64,000 nucleotides of DNA from an uncultured Clostridia bacterium (GTDB lineage Bacteria; Bacillota; Clostridia; TANB77; CAG-508), in assembly GCA_934177485.1 (NCBI GenBank), contig CAKPPF010000005.1, forward strand, positions 11,241 to 75,240. Reading direction: 5' to 3'. Below are positions 18,950-29,700 of the stretch, piece by piece. The position numbers and the translations under genes are program-made. Under the pieces are notes generated by a model, which did not search any database, had not been told where the DNA came from, and saw only the letters and a program-made list of their open reading frames with translations. Numbering within the stretch: the stretch's first letter is position 1; the number at the start of each line of letters is the position of its first letter.

Positions 18950-19292
18950 GAAGTTATTTATTTTATTTTGTAATGCATCTTTATTTTGGCAATAGCCAAT
19001 CTTTTCTCCATTTATTGTTACTTTATATATTGGTTTGTATATTGCAATAATTGCTGCTGCTATTATAATAGTTGCAACTGTTGCTAGGGATAAAAGCTTT
19101 AAAGTAGTTCGTATATATATATATATTCGTTTAATTGCCCTAATTATTTTTAATACACCTCTTCTATTTATATTAATTCATTTATATTATTTTATAATAT
19201 TTTTCACATTTATTCAATAGAAATTTAATAATATTTTTTGAATCTATGTTCTTTGCTAATTTTTTTATGGCAGGTATTAACATAAAGAAACA

Positions 19293-19326
19293 GGACCTAA
19301 GGTATTGTTTCAACCTTTAGGTCCTT
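19293..19326 (-). terminator. Terminator hairpin downstream of the 2,404-aa adhesin gene
   Basis: aggacctaaggtattgtttcaacctttaggtcct is a perfect 12-bp stem. Confidence 0.6.
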
Positions 19327-19331
19327 TAAAA

Positions 19332-22300
19332 TTATCTTTTGATTACAAATTTCTTAATTCCAAATATGCCTACCGCCAAGATGCATAATGATGCTAAACC
19401 AACTATGTAGTATGTTATTCCAATTGCTCCTCCATCACCTGTTGGTGGGTGAATTACTATTTCCTCTGATGTTGCTGTATCTCTACTTCCACCAGGTACA
19501 ATTATATGTCTGTCTGTTGTTCTTACTCTGTCTCTTAATGTGTCATCACCAGTGTTATTATAGTTTATTTCTTGTATTTCTATTGTGTTCATATATCCAA
19601 CAAACATATTTTGAATATCTTTCATTGTTATTCCAGAATCGTTAGAAGATAATACTCTTTCTAATACTAACTCTACTTCTTTCTTTTGGCCTGTTGTTGC
19701 ACTTAAGATTGGGTTATTAGGTGTAGTTTTAATGATAACTTTATATTTGTTTGAATCACTTGCTACCGTGCTCTGTGGCTCTAAGCTATCTCCATTTAAT
19801 TTTAACTTTTTATATTGTTCTTGCATCTCATCATAAGAAGTTAATTCCCAATATTTTGAATTTTCGCCTAATGTTTGGTTATACTCTAAGTTATTATCTA
19901 TAAAGTCATATAAACCTTTTATAGTTGGAGTTATACCTTCTTCATCATTATAGTTCTTTTCAACTTTTATTTCAGCTGAAATTGCATACGTAATACGTAA
20001 TTTAGCTCCTTGTAGTTTTTCATTCTCAATGCTTACGTCTATTGGCTCGTTAACTCCAGCTGCTAAAACCTCTCCGTTTACAACGTTATAATTGCCATCC
20101 TCTTTTAGAACAATTTTTGCTATTGTATTTATACCTGCAGAATCTACTATTTCAAGTTCTTTCACATGTTTTTGCAAGTCAATTGTTGATACTGGAACTT
20201 CTGCAATACCAAAGTTCATATTAGTAATTACATAATCAGTAAATGTCTTGTTTTCAGTACTATTACTATTTATAGATGCTTTTTCAACATCAAACTTCAT
20301 AGCTTTAGTGTTTGCATACATATATGTTCCATTTATCAATTCTCTAATGTCTTCTTCTTTAAATTTCTTTCCACTTCTTATATCATTTAGTGTATTCATA
20401 AAGCCATACTTATTATATATAAAATTACTTACGTCTATTCTTCTTGTAGATTCATCTGTAGCAGTTGAAACACCTATTTTTTCATTAGCTAGATACCAAT
20501 AGTTTTCTGTAGGTGATATACTGTATGCACCATAAGTTCCAGTATTATTTGTTGCTTGATAATCTTCACCATTAAATGATTTTTGGTTTATTCCATTACT
20601 ATATGTATTTAATATAACTGTATCAATTGTGTCACCATATTTGAAACGAATTACATAATTTCCTGGTAAGAAACCTTCAAAACTATAATATCCATTTTCG
20701 TTTGTTTTTGCTGTAAATCTAGTTTTTTGATCATTTCCAACTTGCTCTAATAGTTCAACTGTTGCTCCATAAACTTTTAGTTCATCAGTGTCCATTATAC
20801 CATTACCAGTTCTTACATTTCCAATTTCTAAATGTGTTGCATCTTCAAATACATTTCCTTCAATTTTTCTCATATTTCCATCTTTTACAAAGTATAATAC
20901 TGGAGCAGTAAATGTATCGTCTTCGAATTTAAATCTGTTTAAGTTTTGTGCATTAAAATAATATTGTACAGTTGAAATATTACCTATTTGACCATTTGTT
21001 AATCTAACGTTTTCAATTTCTGCACTACCTGGTGCTGAGTCTACATCTATTAAGCCTCTTGTATATTCTGATTGACCTTCTGCACATTCAGATTTATATT
21101 CATAAATTTCTGCCATGTTATATGTTGGTAATTTTTCTCCCATATTCAAATCTTTTAATAAGTCTACTGGATTATTTAAAACAAGTGTTACATATATGTT
21201 TCTAGATTCTCCTGGATTTAATGTTCTAGTATCGTCTACATTTATAATTAATTCCTTGTAGTTTCCTTTATTAGTAATATTGCCATTTCCACCCACAATT
21301 GTGACTAGGTTATATCTACTATCAAAGTAATTTACAATTTTTGTTGCAGTTCCTTTTGTTATTGAACTTTCATTTGTTACTGTTATTTTATATATAACTT
21401 TTATGCCTAATCTTGTTTCATCATAATGCGTATTAGTTATATCAGTTGCTCTAATTTTCTGATCTACACTAGTATATCTTGTTGTTCTAATTTCATTATG
21501 TATATGTGCAGCATCTGGATATATATCCTCTCTTCTAACATTAACTTCATTTGCATAATTATATGTTCCAGTTTGTCCATTTACAGTTACATATACTGAA
21601 GATACATCAGAAGTTAATTCTAAGTCTAAAGTATCTCTTCCTCTTAGACCTAAATTTACATGTTGTAAATATGTTTCGTCTGTTTTGCTTGAGTAAGCTC
21701 CAATATTAATTTTTTCTGTTGAAGATTTTATTGACATACTTCCACTATCATATACATATCTTGATTGTGGTAAATTGTCTGCTTCGTTTATTGTCTCATA
21801 AGTAATATCTTTAGTATTATCAATTGTTGAAAAACGGTCATTTAGGTCTTTTCTATCTGTTTTTCCTTCTTCTGCATTTGAATATTGAGTAGTAGCATAT
21901 TGACTTTCTATGCTGTTTTCCTTTATATTCCAAATTCTTTTTTCATTACTAAATGTAGAAGTATATTTAATTCCATCATATTCAAATTTTACTATATATG
22001 AATAATATCCACTTTTTATATCCCATTTATTATTATCTTCCTGAATTTTTGCTTTAATATATCTTTCTTTAGGATTTGTTATAACATTAGGATCTAAACT
22101 TGAATTTTTAAAACAATAATATCCATTTGAATCTGTCGTTGTTTGTGCAACTGCCGTTTCTACGCCATCTCTATATAAGTAAACCTGTATACCTTCAAGT
22201 AATTTATCTTTATTATCTCCCTTATCATATTGGCCGTTATAGTTTGATGATTTTTTATCAAATGCAACATCATTCCATACAATACCTGCGATAATTGCAT

Positions 22301-25300
22301 CTTCTGTTACTTCTTCATTTATAATTGCCCAACTTTTTTCAGAAAGTTTGTATGTACTTACTGATATTCCAGCTATTGAAGTTGTTTCTGCAACAGTATA
22401 TTTATATTCTATGCCATACTCATCGTATTTTTGTAAATTTGTCCATTTGTGTATCCAATTTTCACCTTCGCTTAATGTTACCACATTTCCACATGCATTA
22501 CCATTTCGATATAATTGTACTTGTATTGCTTTTATTAAACTTTTGTTATCTACGTTCCAGCTTTTTATTACAGAAATTTCTGTTTTATTATATGTATTTA
22601 CAATAACATCATATGCAGTGCTAGAATCGTATCTTACCATATAATTACCATTTGTTGTAAAGTCTGCTATTGGGTTATCGTTTTGGTCTAATTCTTTAGC
22701 AGTATAGTTAATTTCAATTCCATTGTCATCGTATTTTAGTAGGTTATCCCATGTATAAATTTGCATATCAGAATTTTCTGTAGAAATTTCTTGTGTCCTA
22801 ATTAATTCATTATTAGCATATAACCCTACTTTTATTGTTCTTGGTCTTTGTGCAGTTTGGTTTTCGTCGCCCTTCCATTCTTTAATAACTGTTTTGCTTA
22901 CATATTCATTTTTATATGTATTATTAACAATGAAACTTATACTATTGCTTCCTTCGTCGCATTCTATAACTGCTTCGTATCCATTTGGTACTTCCACTTC
23001 TTCTACTGTATATTCAATTTTATTTTTTTCTTCATCATATTTAAGTAGGTTTTCCCATGAATGTTTCCACGAATTAGATGCATTTAATTCTTTTTCTTCA
23101 TATAGCTTATCATCTTGGTATAGTTTTACCTTTATACTAGCTGGTCTTGCACTAGTACTGAAGTCTTTCCATACTTTTTGAACTAATACATTTATCTTTT
23201 CTGAGTCTGGAGTATCTTTAGTATTAGTAATTGTCCATTCATTTTCTGATGTACTTTCTATTTTAGTTATAAAGTTTCCTGTTGTCTTTTCTTCTATTTC
23301 ATATTTTGCGTTTTTGATTAAATTAGTCCAAGTATATGTCCAGTTATTATCAGCATTTAATTTAACTGTTTCAATTTCTGTTCCGTCTTTTTTTAAAGCC
23401 ACCTCTATATCGCCTATTGTTTTAATTTCATTATCTGTAAATCCTTCCCATACTTTCTTTACAGTTTTGCTTATATAATCTGGCACATTGTATTCATTAA
23501 CAATTATTATGTTTGTACAATTGTTATTTCTATCATATTCTATTGATGATTTATATCCTTCTGGTACACTTACTTCTTTTACTGTATATTCAATTTCATT
23601 TTTGTTTCCATCATATTTAGGTAGGTTTGTCCATGAATGTTTCCACAAATTAGATTCATTTAATACTATTACATCTCCATATTGATTACCATCTTTGTAT
23701 AGTTTTACCTTTATGCTATCTGGTCTTTTTCCATATAGATTATTCGAATCATTCCATACCTTTTTAACAGATACTTGTGTGTTTTCTTCTATTTTTTTAG
23801 TATTTGTAATTTTCCATACATTAGTAGATATTTCATCTATTCTAGAAGTAAATTTAGATATGTTTGATATTTCTTCTACTGTATAATTAATTTTATTTCC
23901 GTTTTTATTAAGTTTCTCTAGATCATTCCATATATATGTCCAATTATTTGAACTATTTAATGTAGCTTCTTTAATTTTTGTTCCGTCTTTCTTTAATGCT
24001 ACCTTTATCTCGCCTATTGTTTCAATTTCATTATCTGTAAATCCTTCCCATACTTTAAATACTTTAACAGACAATGGTTGTTGTTCTGGATTCATTTTAA
24101 AGTAGTCGCTATCTGTATTATTATATGGAGTGGAGTCCATTACATATTTATTATTTTTATTATTTATATGTTTTATCTCTGCTGTATTTTTATATGTATC
24201 AATTGATAAGTTAGGTGCATCAGTTCTAATTGTTATTTCAATGTCACAATGTTCACCACTATTAAGGCTTATTTTATCAGTCGTATTTATAATCTCAATA
24301 TTATTTTGAGTATTCGTTTCATCAAAAAATGAGTTAAACGTATTACTACGGGTTTGTTCACCAGCTTTATTATAATAAGTTATTTTGTCCACTTTATATT
24401 TATAATATTCGGTTAAATCATTAGGTAAAAGATCTTCTACAGAAACGAATTTAACAAATGTGTCTCCATCATTATTTAATCTTACTAAATATGTAATTTT
24501 ACTTCCGCAATCTGCACTTACAACATTTGTATTTTTATACATGTTTTTATTTGGTGTATATCCCTCTTTGTACTCTTCTTCGTTGTACATGTGTTCTGCA
24601 CGGTTACATCTATCATCATGGCTAGTTGTATGATTTTTAGATGTAACAACTTGTTTTATGTATTTTTCTAAGCTAACTTTATATTCTTTTAATTTAACAT
24701 GATCTTCATCTTGGTTATTATCTGTTCCATCCCAATCTAATACCGTACGATTTTTTTCGTTTTTTATCTCTCTTATTTTAGCTTTATTATAATAATCTGG
24801 TTTTTTATACCTAGGGTCCCCATCTATTGTATATTTAATTGTAATGTCCTTCCATTCTTTACCTACAAGTTCTATAGGTGGATTAAGTGTTATTATTTCA
24901 TGTGGATCACCATTTTCTGTTGGAGTAGTATAGCTTCCAACATTTTCTTTCAAGTATTCCTCATCAATGGTTAATTCACTTGAGTGCCAGTCATCAATTT
25001 GTGTAATTTTTACTTTGTTTGTTCCAGTATTCATCAATCTTATTGTAAATGTTATTTTGTCTAAATATTCTACCGGAACAGGATTATCCAATTTATATGT
25101 ATTAAAGTTTTCACTACTTGGATTAGATGCATTTATTAAATCATAATTATATCTCTTACTATTTCTTCCTTCTACCTTTTGACTTCCATCTAAGCTTTCA
25201 ACATTTGTTACAAATTTTTCTAGACTGACAGAGTATCTTCTTAGTATAGCATAGTCGCCGTCATAAGTTCTATATTCTGTTCTGTTAACCGGATTAGTAT

Positions 25301-26546
25301 TATTGTTTTGAAGTCCTACCTCATTTCCAAGGAACTTATCACCGTTTCCAGTATAATTATATTTTAGTCTAACATAAATTGTTCTTTTCTTTATCGTTCT
25401 AGTTAATGTTCTGCATCTAATATAAATCTTTTTGCCATCACTATACCAACGTGCAGCCATGTCCAATTTTTTGCTTGTATCTTCGTCATATGTCCTACCT
25501 GATTCCCATATTTCTTGTACATTAAAAGAAGCTGAAGGTGCATCAGTCAAAATTATATTTTTTGCCTTTGTCTCAGAATTATTATATAGCTCTATTGCAT
25601 ATACTACTTCATCTCCATCAATAATCTCTACCGGATTATCCCATTTGTACCCTTTGTTCCATATATTTTCATTGCCTGAACTTGGATTTTTTATAATGCT
25701 TGGAGACCAATAGCCATAATTTTTATTTCCAATCCAATAATTATGTGAGTCTAATTCCCTTCCATCTGTTGGAAGTGGTTTTAATACCATATTTTTTCTA
25801 TCTGTTCCTAAATCATCAACCGTACCATCTTTATGTATAATTTGTGTGATATATTTTTGTAGAGAAATGTTAGCACTTATTACTGGCCACGTTATTTCTG
25901 TTTCATATCTATATTTTGTAGATTTTCCAACAAGCATTGATTGATTACCTTGCTTTGTATACTCATATGCCTCGCCATCATAAAGCCAATAATCATAGAT
26001 TACTGTTAATTTTGTTCCAGCTGAATATGTGCTCGGATCAAGCTCAATAGAGCCTCCATTTTTTATTACTTGATTACTTAAACCGGGAATTATTACTTGT
26101 GGACATCCTTGCTTACAAGAAAATGCAATACATACCTTATTATTATTTACACTGACAGTAATTTCATCATCTGTATGTGAATGGCTCGCATAATTAGCAT
26201 AGTCTATTGCTCTATAATAAATCGATTTACCATTTACATATCCAAAAGTACCATATTCTTCACTCGTGCAATGATCTTTTACATTTTCTTCATTATTCTG
26301 TGTTAACCATATAGCGACATTTGTAGGTTTTCTCTTTGCGCTATTTGTTTTAGTTATATCATCTACGTTATTTAAACTACTATTTTCCTGTCCAATTATG
26401 TATTTTATTACATTAACTTTATATGAGTCATTTAATTTTTCATAGTAATTATCACCGTCTAATATATGTTCCTGTACTAGCACCTTTATACATATCATTA
26501 CAAAACACACCATTTTTATAATGATATGTGCTCTTAGAATAAGCAT
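19332..26546 (-). CDS. Giant cell-surface adhesin (2,404-aa frame) with multiple Cna-B-type/SpaA-fold repeats and a C-terminal sorting-signal-like segment (HPPTG + TM + KKFVIKR)
   Basis: Repeated KVWEGFTDNEI...NNWTY(I/T)W(N/T)DL...Y(T/E)VEE modules match the Cna-B domain. The frame is open upstream of the first ATG and joins the signal-peptide ORF 26452..26700 through a +1 frameshift. Confidence 0.8.
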   Translation of the reverse strand: MLILRAHIIIKMVCFVMICIKVLVQEHILDGDNYYEKLNDSYKVNVIKYIIGQENSSLNNVDDITKTNSAKRKPTNVAIWLTQNNEENVKDHCTSEEYGTFGYVNGKSIYYRAIDYANYASHSHTDDEITVSVNNNKVCIAFSCKQGCPQVIIPGLSNQVIKNGGSIELDPSTYSAGTKLTVIYDYWLYDGEAYEYTKQGNQSMLVGKSTKYRYETEITWPVISANISLQKYITQIIHKDGTVDDLGTDRKNMVLKPLPTDGRELDSHNYWIGNKNYGYWSPSIIKNPSSGNENIWNKGYKWDNPVEIIDGDEVVYAIELYNNSETKAKNIILTDAPSASFNVQEIWESGRTYDEDTSKKLDMAARWYSDGKKIYIRCRTLTRTIKKRTIYVRLKYNYTGNGDKFLGNEVGLQNNNTNPVNRTEYRTYDGDYAILRRYSVSLEKFVTNVESLDGSQKVEGRNSKRYNYDLINASNPSSENFNTYKLDNPVPVEYLDKITFTIRLMNTGTNKVKITQIDDWHSSELTIDEEYLKENVGSYTTPTENGDPHEIITLNPPIELVGKEWKDITIKYTIDGDPRYKKPDYYNKAKIREIKNEKNRTVLDWDGTDNNQDEDHVKLKEYKVSLEKYIKQVVTSKNHTTSHDDRCNRAEHMYNEEEYKEGYTPNKNMYKNTNVVSADCGSKITYLVRLNNDGDTFVKFVSVEDLLPNDLTEYYKYKVDKITYYNKAGEQTRSNTFNSFFDETNTQNNIEIINTTDKISLNSGEHCDIEITIRTDAPNLSIDTYKNTAEIKHINNKNNKYVMDSTPYNNTDSDYFKMNPEQQPLSVKVFKVWEGFTDNEIETIGEIKVALKKDGTKIKEATLNSSNNWTYIWNDLEKLNKNGNKINYTVEEISNISKFTSRIDEISTNVWKITNTKKIEENTQVSVKKVWNDSNNLYGKRPDSIKVKLYKDGNQYGDVIVLNESNLWKHSWTNLPKYDGNKNEIEYTVKEVSVPEGYKSSIEYDRNNNCTNIIIVNEYNVPDYISKTVKKVWEGFTDNEIKTIGDIEVALKKDGTEIETVKLNADNNWTYTWTNLIKNAKYEIEEKTTGNFITKIESTSENEWTITNTKDTPDSEKINVLVQKVWKDFSTSARPASIKVKLYQDDKLYEEKELNASNSWKHSWENLLKYDEEKNKIEYTVEEVEVPNGYEAVIECDEGSNSISFIVNNTYKNEYVSKTVIKEWKGDENQTAQRPRTIKVGLYANNELIRTQEISTENSDMQIYTWDNLLKYDDNGIEINYTAKELDQNDNPIADFTTNGNYMVRYDSSTAYDVIVNTYNKTEISVIKSWNVDNKSLIKAIQVQLYRNGNACGNVVTLSEGENWIHKWTNLQKYDEYGIEYKYTVAETTSIAGISVSTYKLSEKSWAIINEEVTEDAIIAGIVWNDVAFDKKSSNYNGQYDKGDNKDKLLEGIQVYLYRDGVETAVAQTTTDSNGYYCFKNSSLDPNVITNPKERYIKAKIQEDNNKWDIKSGYYSYIVKFEYDGIKYTSTFSNEKRIWNIKENSIESQYATTQYSNAEEGKTDRKDLNDRFSTIDNTKDITYETINEADNLPQSRYVYDSGSMSIKSSTEKINIGAYSSKTDETYLQHVNLGLRGRDTLDLELTSDVSSVYVTVNGQTGTYNYANEVNVRREDIYPDAAHIHNEIRTTRYTSVDQKIRATDITNTHYDETRLGIKVIYKITVTNESSITKGTATKIVNYFDSRYNLVTIVGGNGNITNKGNYKELIINVDDTRTLNPGESRNIYVTLVLNNPVDLLKDLNMGEKLPTYNMAEIYEYKSECAEGQSEYTRGLIDVDSAPGSAEIENVRLTNGQIGNISTVQYYFNAQNLNRFKFEDDTFTAPVLYFVKDGNMRKIEGNVFEDATHLEIGNVRTGNGIMDTDELKVYGATVELLEQVGNDQKTRFTAKTNENGYYSFEGFLPGNYVIRFKYGDTIDTVILNTYSNGINQKSFNGEDYQATNNTGTYGAYSISPTENYWYLANEKIGVSTATDESTRRIDVSNFIYNKYGFMNTLNDIRSGKKFKEEDIRELINGTYMYANTKAMKFDVEKASINSNSTENKTFTDYVITNMNFGIAEVPVSTIDLQKHVKELEIVDSAGINTIAKIVLKEDGNYNVVNGEVLAAGVNEPIDVSIENEKLQGAKLRITYAISAEIKVEKNYNDEEGITPTIKGLYDFIDNNLEYNQTLGENSKYWELTSYDEMQEQYKKLKLNGDSLEPQSTVASDSNKYKVIIKTTPNNPILSATTGQKKEVELVLERVLSSNDSGITMKDIQNMFVGYMNTIEIQEINYNNTGDDTLRDRVRTTDRHIIVPGGSRDTATSEEIVIHPPTGDGGAIGITYYIVGLASLCILAVGIFGIKKFVIKR

Positions 26547-26700
26547 CGTTCAAAGTAAACCAAAAATCACTTGGAAAATCACCAGATAAGTTTTCGTCTT
26601 TATTAGGCCATTGTGTTGTTGCTGCAATAACAATATATATTGTACTTAATAATATACAAATTAAAATACTTAATATTAATAATTTACTTTTTCTTTTCAT
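26452..26700 (-). pseudogene. 5' fragment of the adhesin gene encoding its signal peptide (MKRKSKLLILSILICILLSTIYIVIAATTQW...), separated from the body by a frameshift
   Basis: GGAGGA RBS and ATG at 26700. The reading frame ends at 26452, while the main frame is open from 26546 downward. A single extra base in the tatatt run near 26455-26470 would rejoin the frames (...GASTGTYI|DGDNYYEK...). Confidence 0.6.
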
Positions 26701-26723
26701 CTTTTTTTGCTTTCCTCCTTTCC

Positions 26724-29700
26724 TTATATATTTACACTTAAAACTTTTTTCTTTATTATATAAGCCCCTGTTGCAAATGTTGTTATACAACATAAAGTTA
26801 TACCTAAATATAGCCATGCTGAGCCTGTTTTAATTGAAATTGCAAGTATAGCAGAAGAATTATTATTTTCTTGTGCTTGCATATTTTCTTGCACATTTGC
26901 TAAATTACTTATCTTTGTTAAGCTTGCATTGTTTGTAAATATACCTGCATTATCTTCCGTCATTGTTTTTGTTAATACAAGTTCAACTTCTTTTGTTTCG
27001 TTTGGATTTATTGCTACTTTAGAAAGTGCAGATGTATATAGTTTTCCATCTGTTCCTTTATACCAATCCTTATTTAGGTCTGAGCTGAACTCTAGTCCGC
27101 TTGGTAAATCATCTTGTAAACTATCAACAAAACCTGCAACATCTCCCTCGTTTGTAACTGCAAATTTATATGTAACTATTACATTAGTTCCTTTCATATA
27201 TTTTGCTTTAATATCTATTTTTGCAACATCGTCTGTTGGTTTATATTCTTCTGTTTGTGTTCCTTCTTTATTAATTATAGATATTTTAGAAATATATTTA
27301 TTTAAACTTAAATCAAATTTTGCATTTTCCAATAATCCTATATTTATATTTACTTTACTTTCAGTTAGTGCTATTTCGTCTGTAACTGCTGCTGTTTTTA
27401 AATTACCATTTATTCTAACTTGTGTTAAAATTACATCTGAGTTTATGCTTTCATCTACACCAGCCCTTTTGTATGTTGTAACTGTGAATGTATTAGTGTC
27501 AAATTCGAATAGCACTATATAATTTCCTTTTGGAATATTTGTAAACTCATATTTACCATTATTATTAGTTGTTGTGGTTATTTTATTTCCATTTGCATCT
27601 AATGCAAAGTTTCCTGTATCTTTATTAACCAAAGTTACCACTACGCTATGTTGTAAAGCTTCTTCATCATCCTTTTTACCATTTTTATTTGAATCTACCC
27701 ATGCTATTCCAGAAATGCTATATGTTTCTTTTTCAGGTGTTGTTGATTCTTCTGGTTTTGTTGATTGTTCTGGATTTTCAGGTGTTGTTGGTTCTTCTGG
27801 TTTTGTTGGCTGTTCTGGATTTTCAGGCGTTGTTGGTTCTTCTGGGTTTGTTGGTTGTTCTGGATTTTCTGGTGTTATTGGTTCTTCTGGGTCTTCTATT
27901 TTTTTAGGCTCATATTTTATATTAAAAACTACCTCATTAGATTCAATTTCAACTAAACCAACTGATAATTTCACCTTATTCTTTATAGCAATTGTTTCCT
28001 CTTGTTCAACTTCTTTTTCTTTTATAGTTCCTGTAATAATAGCTGTAAATTTTTCTCCTGATTTTAAATTTTCTGTTAAGTTAATTGGTGTTTTCGGTGT
28101 ATATATTAATTTATCTTTTCCATATTCTACCTTTTGAACATTTATATTATCAGAAATTTCATCTAAAAGTATAAATTCACAGCTAGTTTCTCCTATATTT
28201 TCCACCGTTATTTTATATTCTATATTATCTCCAGCTTTTTTAGTTTCATCTTGCACATTTGAGGTTAAATTTACAGCAAAATATGCTTGCGAAATTTTTG
28301 TATATTTATTATTAGATTCATAAACATCATTTTCTTTACCTATTGTTACATTTGCAATAGTGTTTAGTTTAGCTGAATATCCATCTACCAATTTTATTAC
28401 TTTAGCATTTATAACTACTTCTGTTTCTTCGTTTGGTTGTAATTTTTTAATTGTATATTCAAAGGCGTTATTGTTGCATATACCATTGTCTGTTATTTCG
28501 TATTTTCCATTCCACTTTGCTAAACCTCCATTAATAAACTCAACTTCTTTTGGAATGTTATAGCTAATTTTTAAATCATTTAAATTATTAGTTGTTATGT
28601 TTTTAACATATATATGGTATTCAACATTATCTCCAATATTGTATGTGTTTTCATATATACTTGTCTGTTCAATATCCGTTGGTAATTTTAAGTTTACCTC
28701 AATTTTCGCTGGTTTTAATACTAAAGTGTTTTTTATTGGCTCATTATTTTCTACTTGCACAGTATTTATTATGTTTCCTTCTATAGCTGTGTTTGCCATT
28801 TTTAAAGATATTTCAAATTCTTTAACTTCATTTGCCTTTATTTCTTCAATTTTCCATAACATTTCTTTAATTGTCGTATCTTCAACATTTTTAAAATAAT
28901 AATCTTCAGCTTCTTCTATTTTTTTTCTGTACACATATATTGCATTTTCTGGTATTATATCTTTTACTGTTATATTATTTAAAGTTTTATCTGATTTATT
29001 TTCTACCTTTATAGTGTAGTTTACTATTTGATTTGAATGTACATAGTTTTGTGTTATTTGAGGTATTATTGTAACTTCTAATGGTATTGAATTTTGCTCA
29101 TTTTCATTTAATTCATTTTTTGTTTTATTTTTTCCAATATCGTTTTCTGGTGTTTGTAAACCAAGTATCATTTCTTTCTGTTCGTAATTATTATTTATGT
29201 TATATGTCATGCCTAATTTTAAAAAGCATTTTTCGTTGTAGTCCATTTGTTCTGGTATTTGTACATATTCTTTTATTATTATTGTTTGTTTTGCAAGTAA
29301 TGTATTATTATTTAGTTCTACTTTATATGCTTTTGCATTTTTAGTAAAATCTGTTGTCCAAGTGTTATCGTTTACATCACTATTTTCATTTTCTGAGTAA
29401 TATACTTTTGCATTTTCAACTTCTACAGGTTTTGTTAATTTTGTAATAAAAGTTGAGTTTTTATTTTCTGTATTTGTTCCTAATCTTTCTATAATAACAA
29501 CATTTGTTAAATCTTCCTCATTGTTATTAACAAGTACAATATTTCTTGTAGCTTCATATGTATCAGCATTATTTTTTATTTCTACTGTTTTGTTTTCCAT
29601 TGTTATTTCTTGCGTGTTATTTCCATCAAAATTATTTAATGTAGATAAAATTAATACGCCTTCTTTTGATACTATATTAACATCACATGATGCTTCTATT

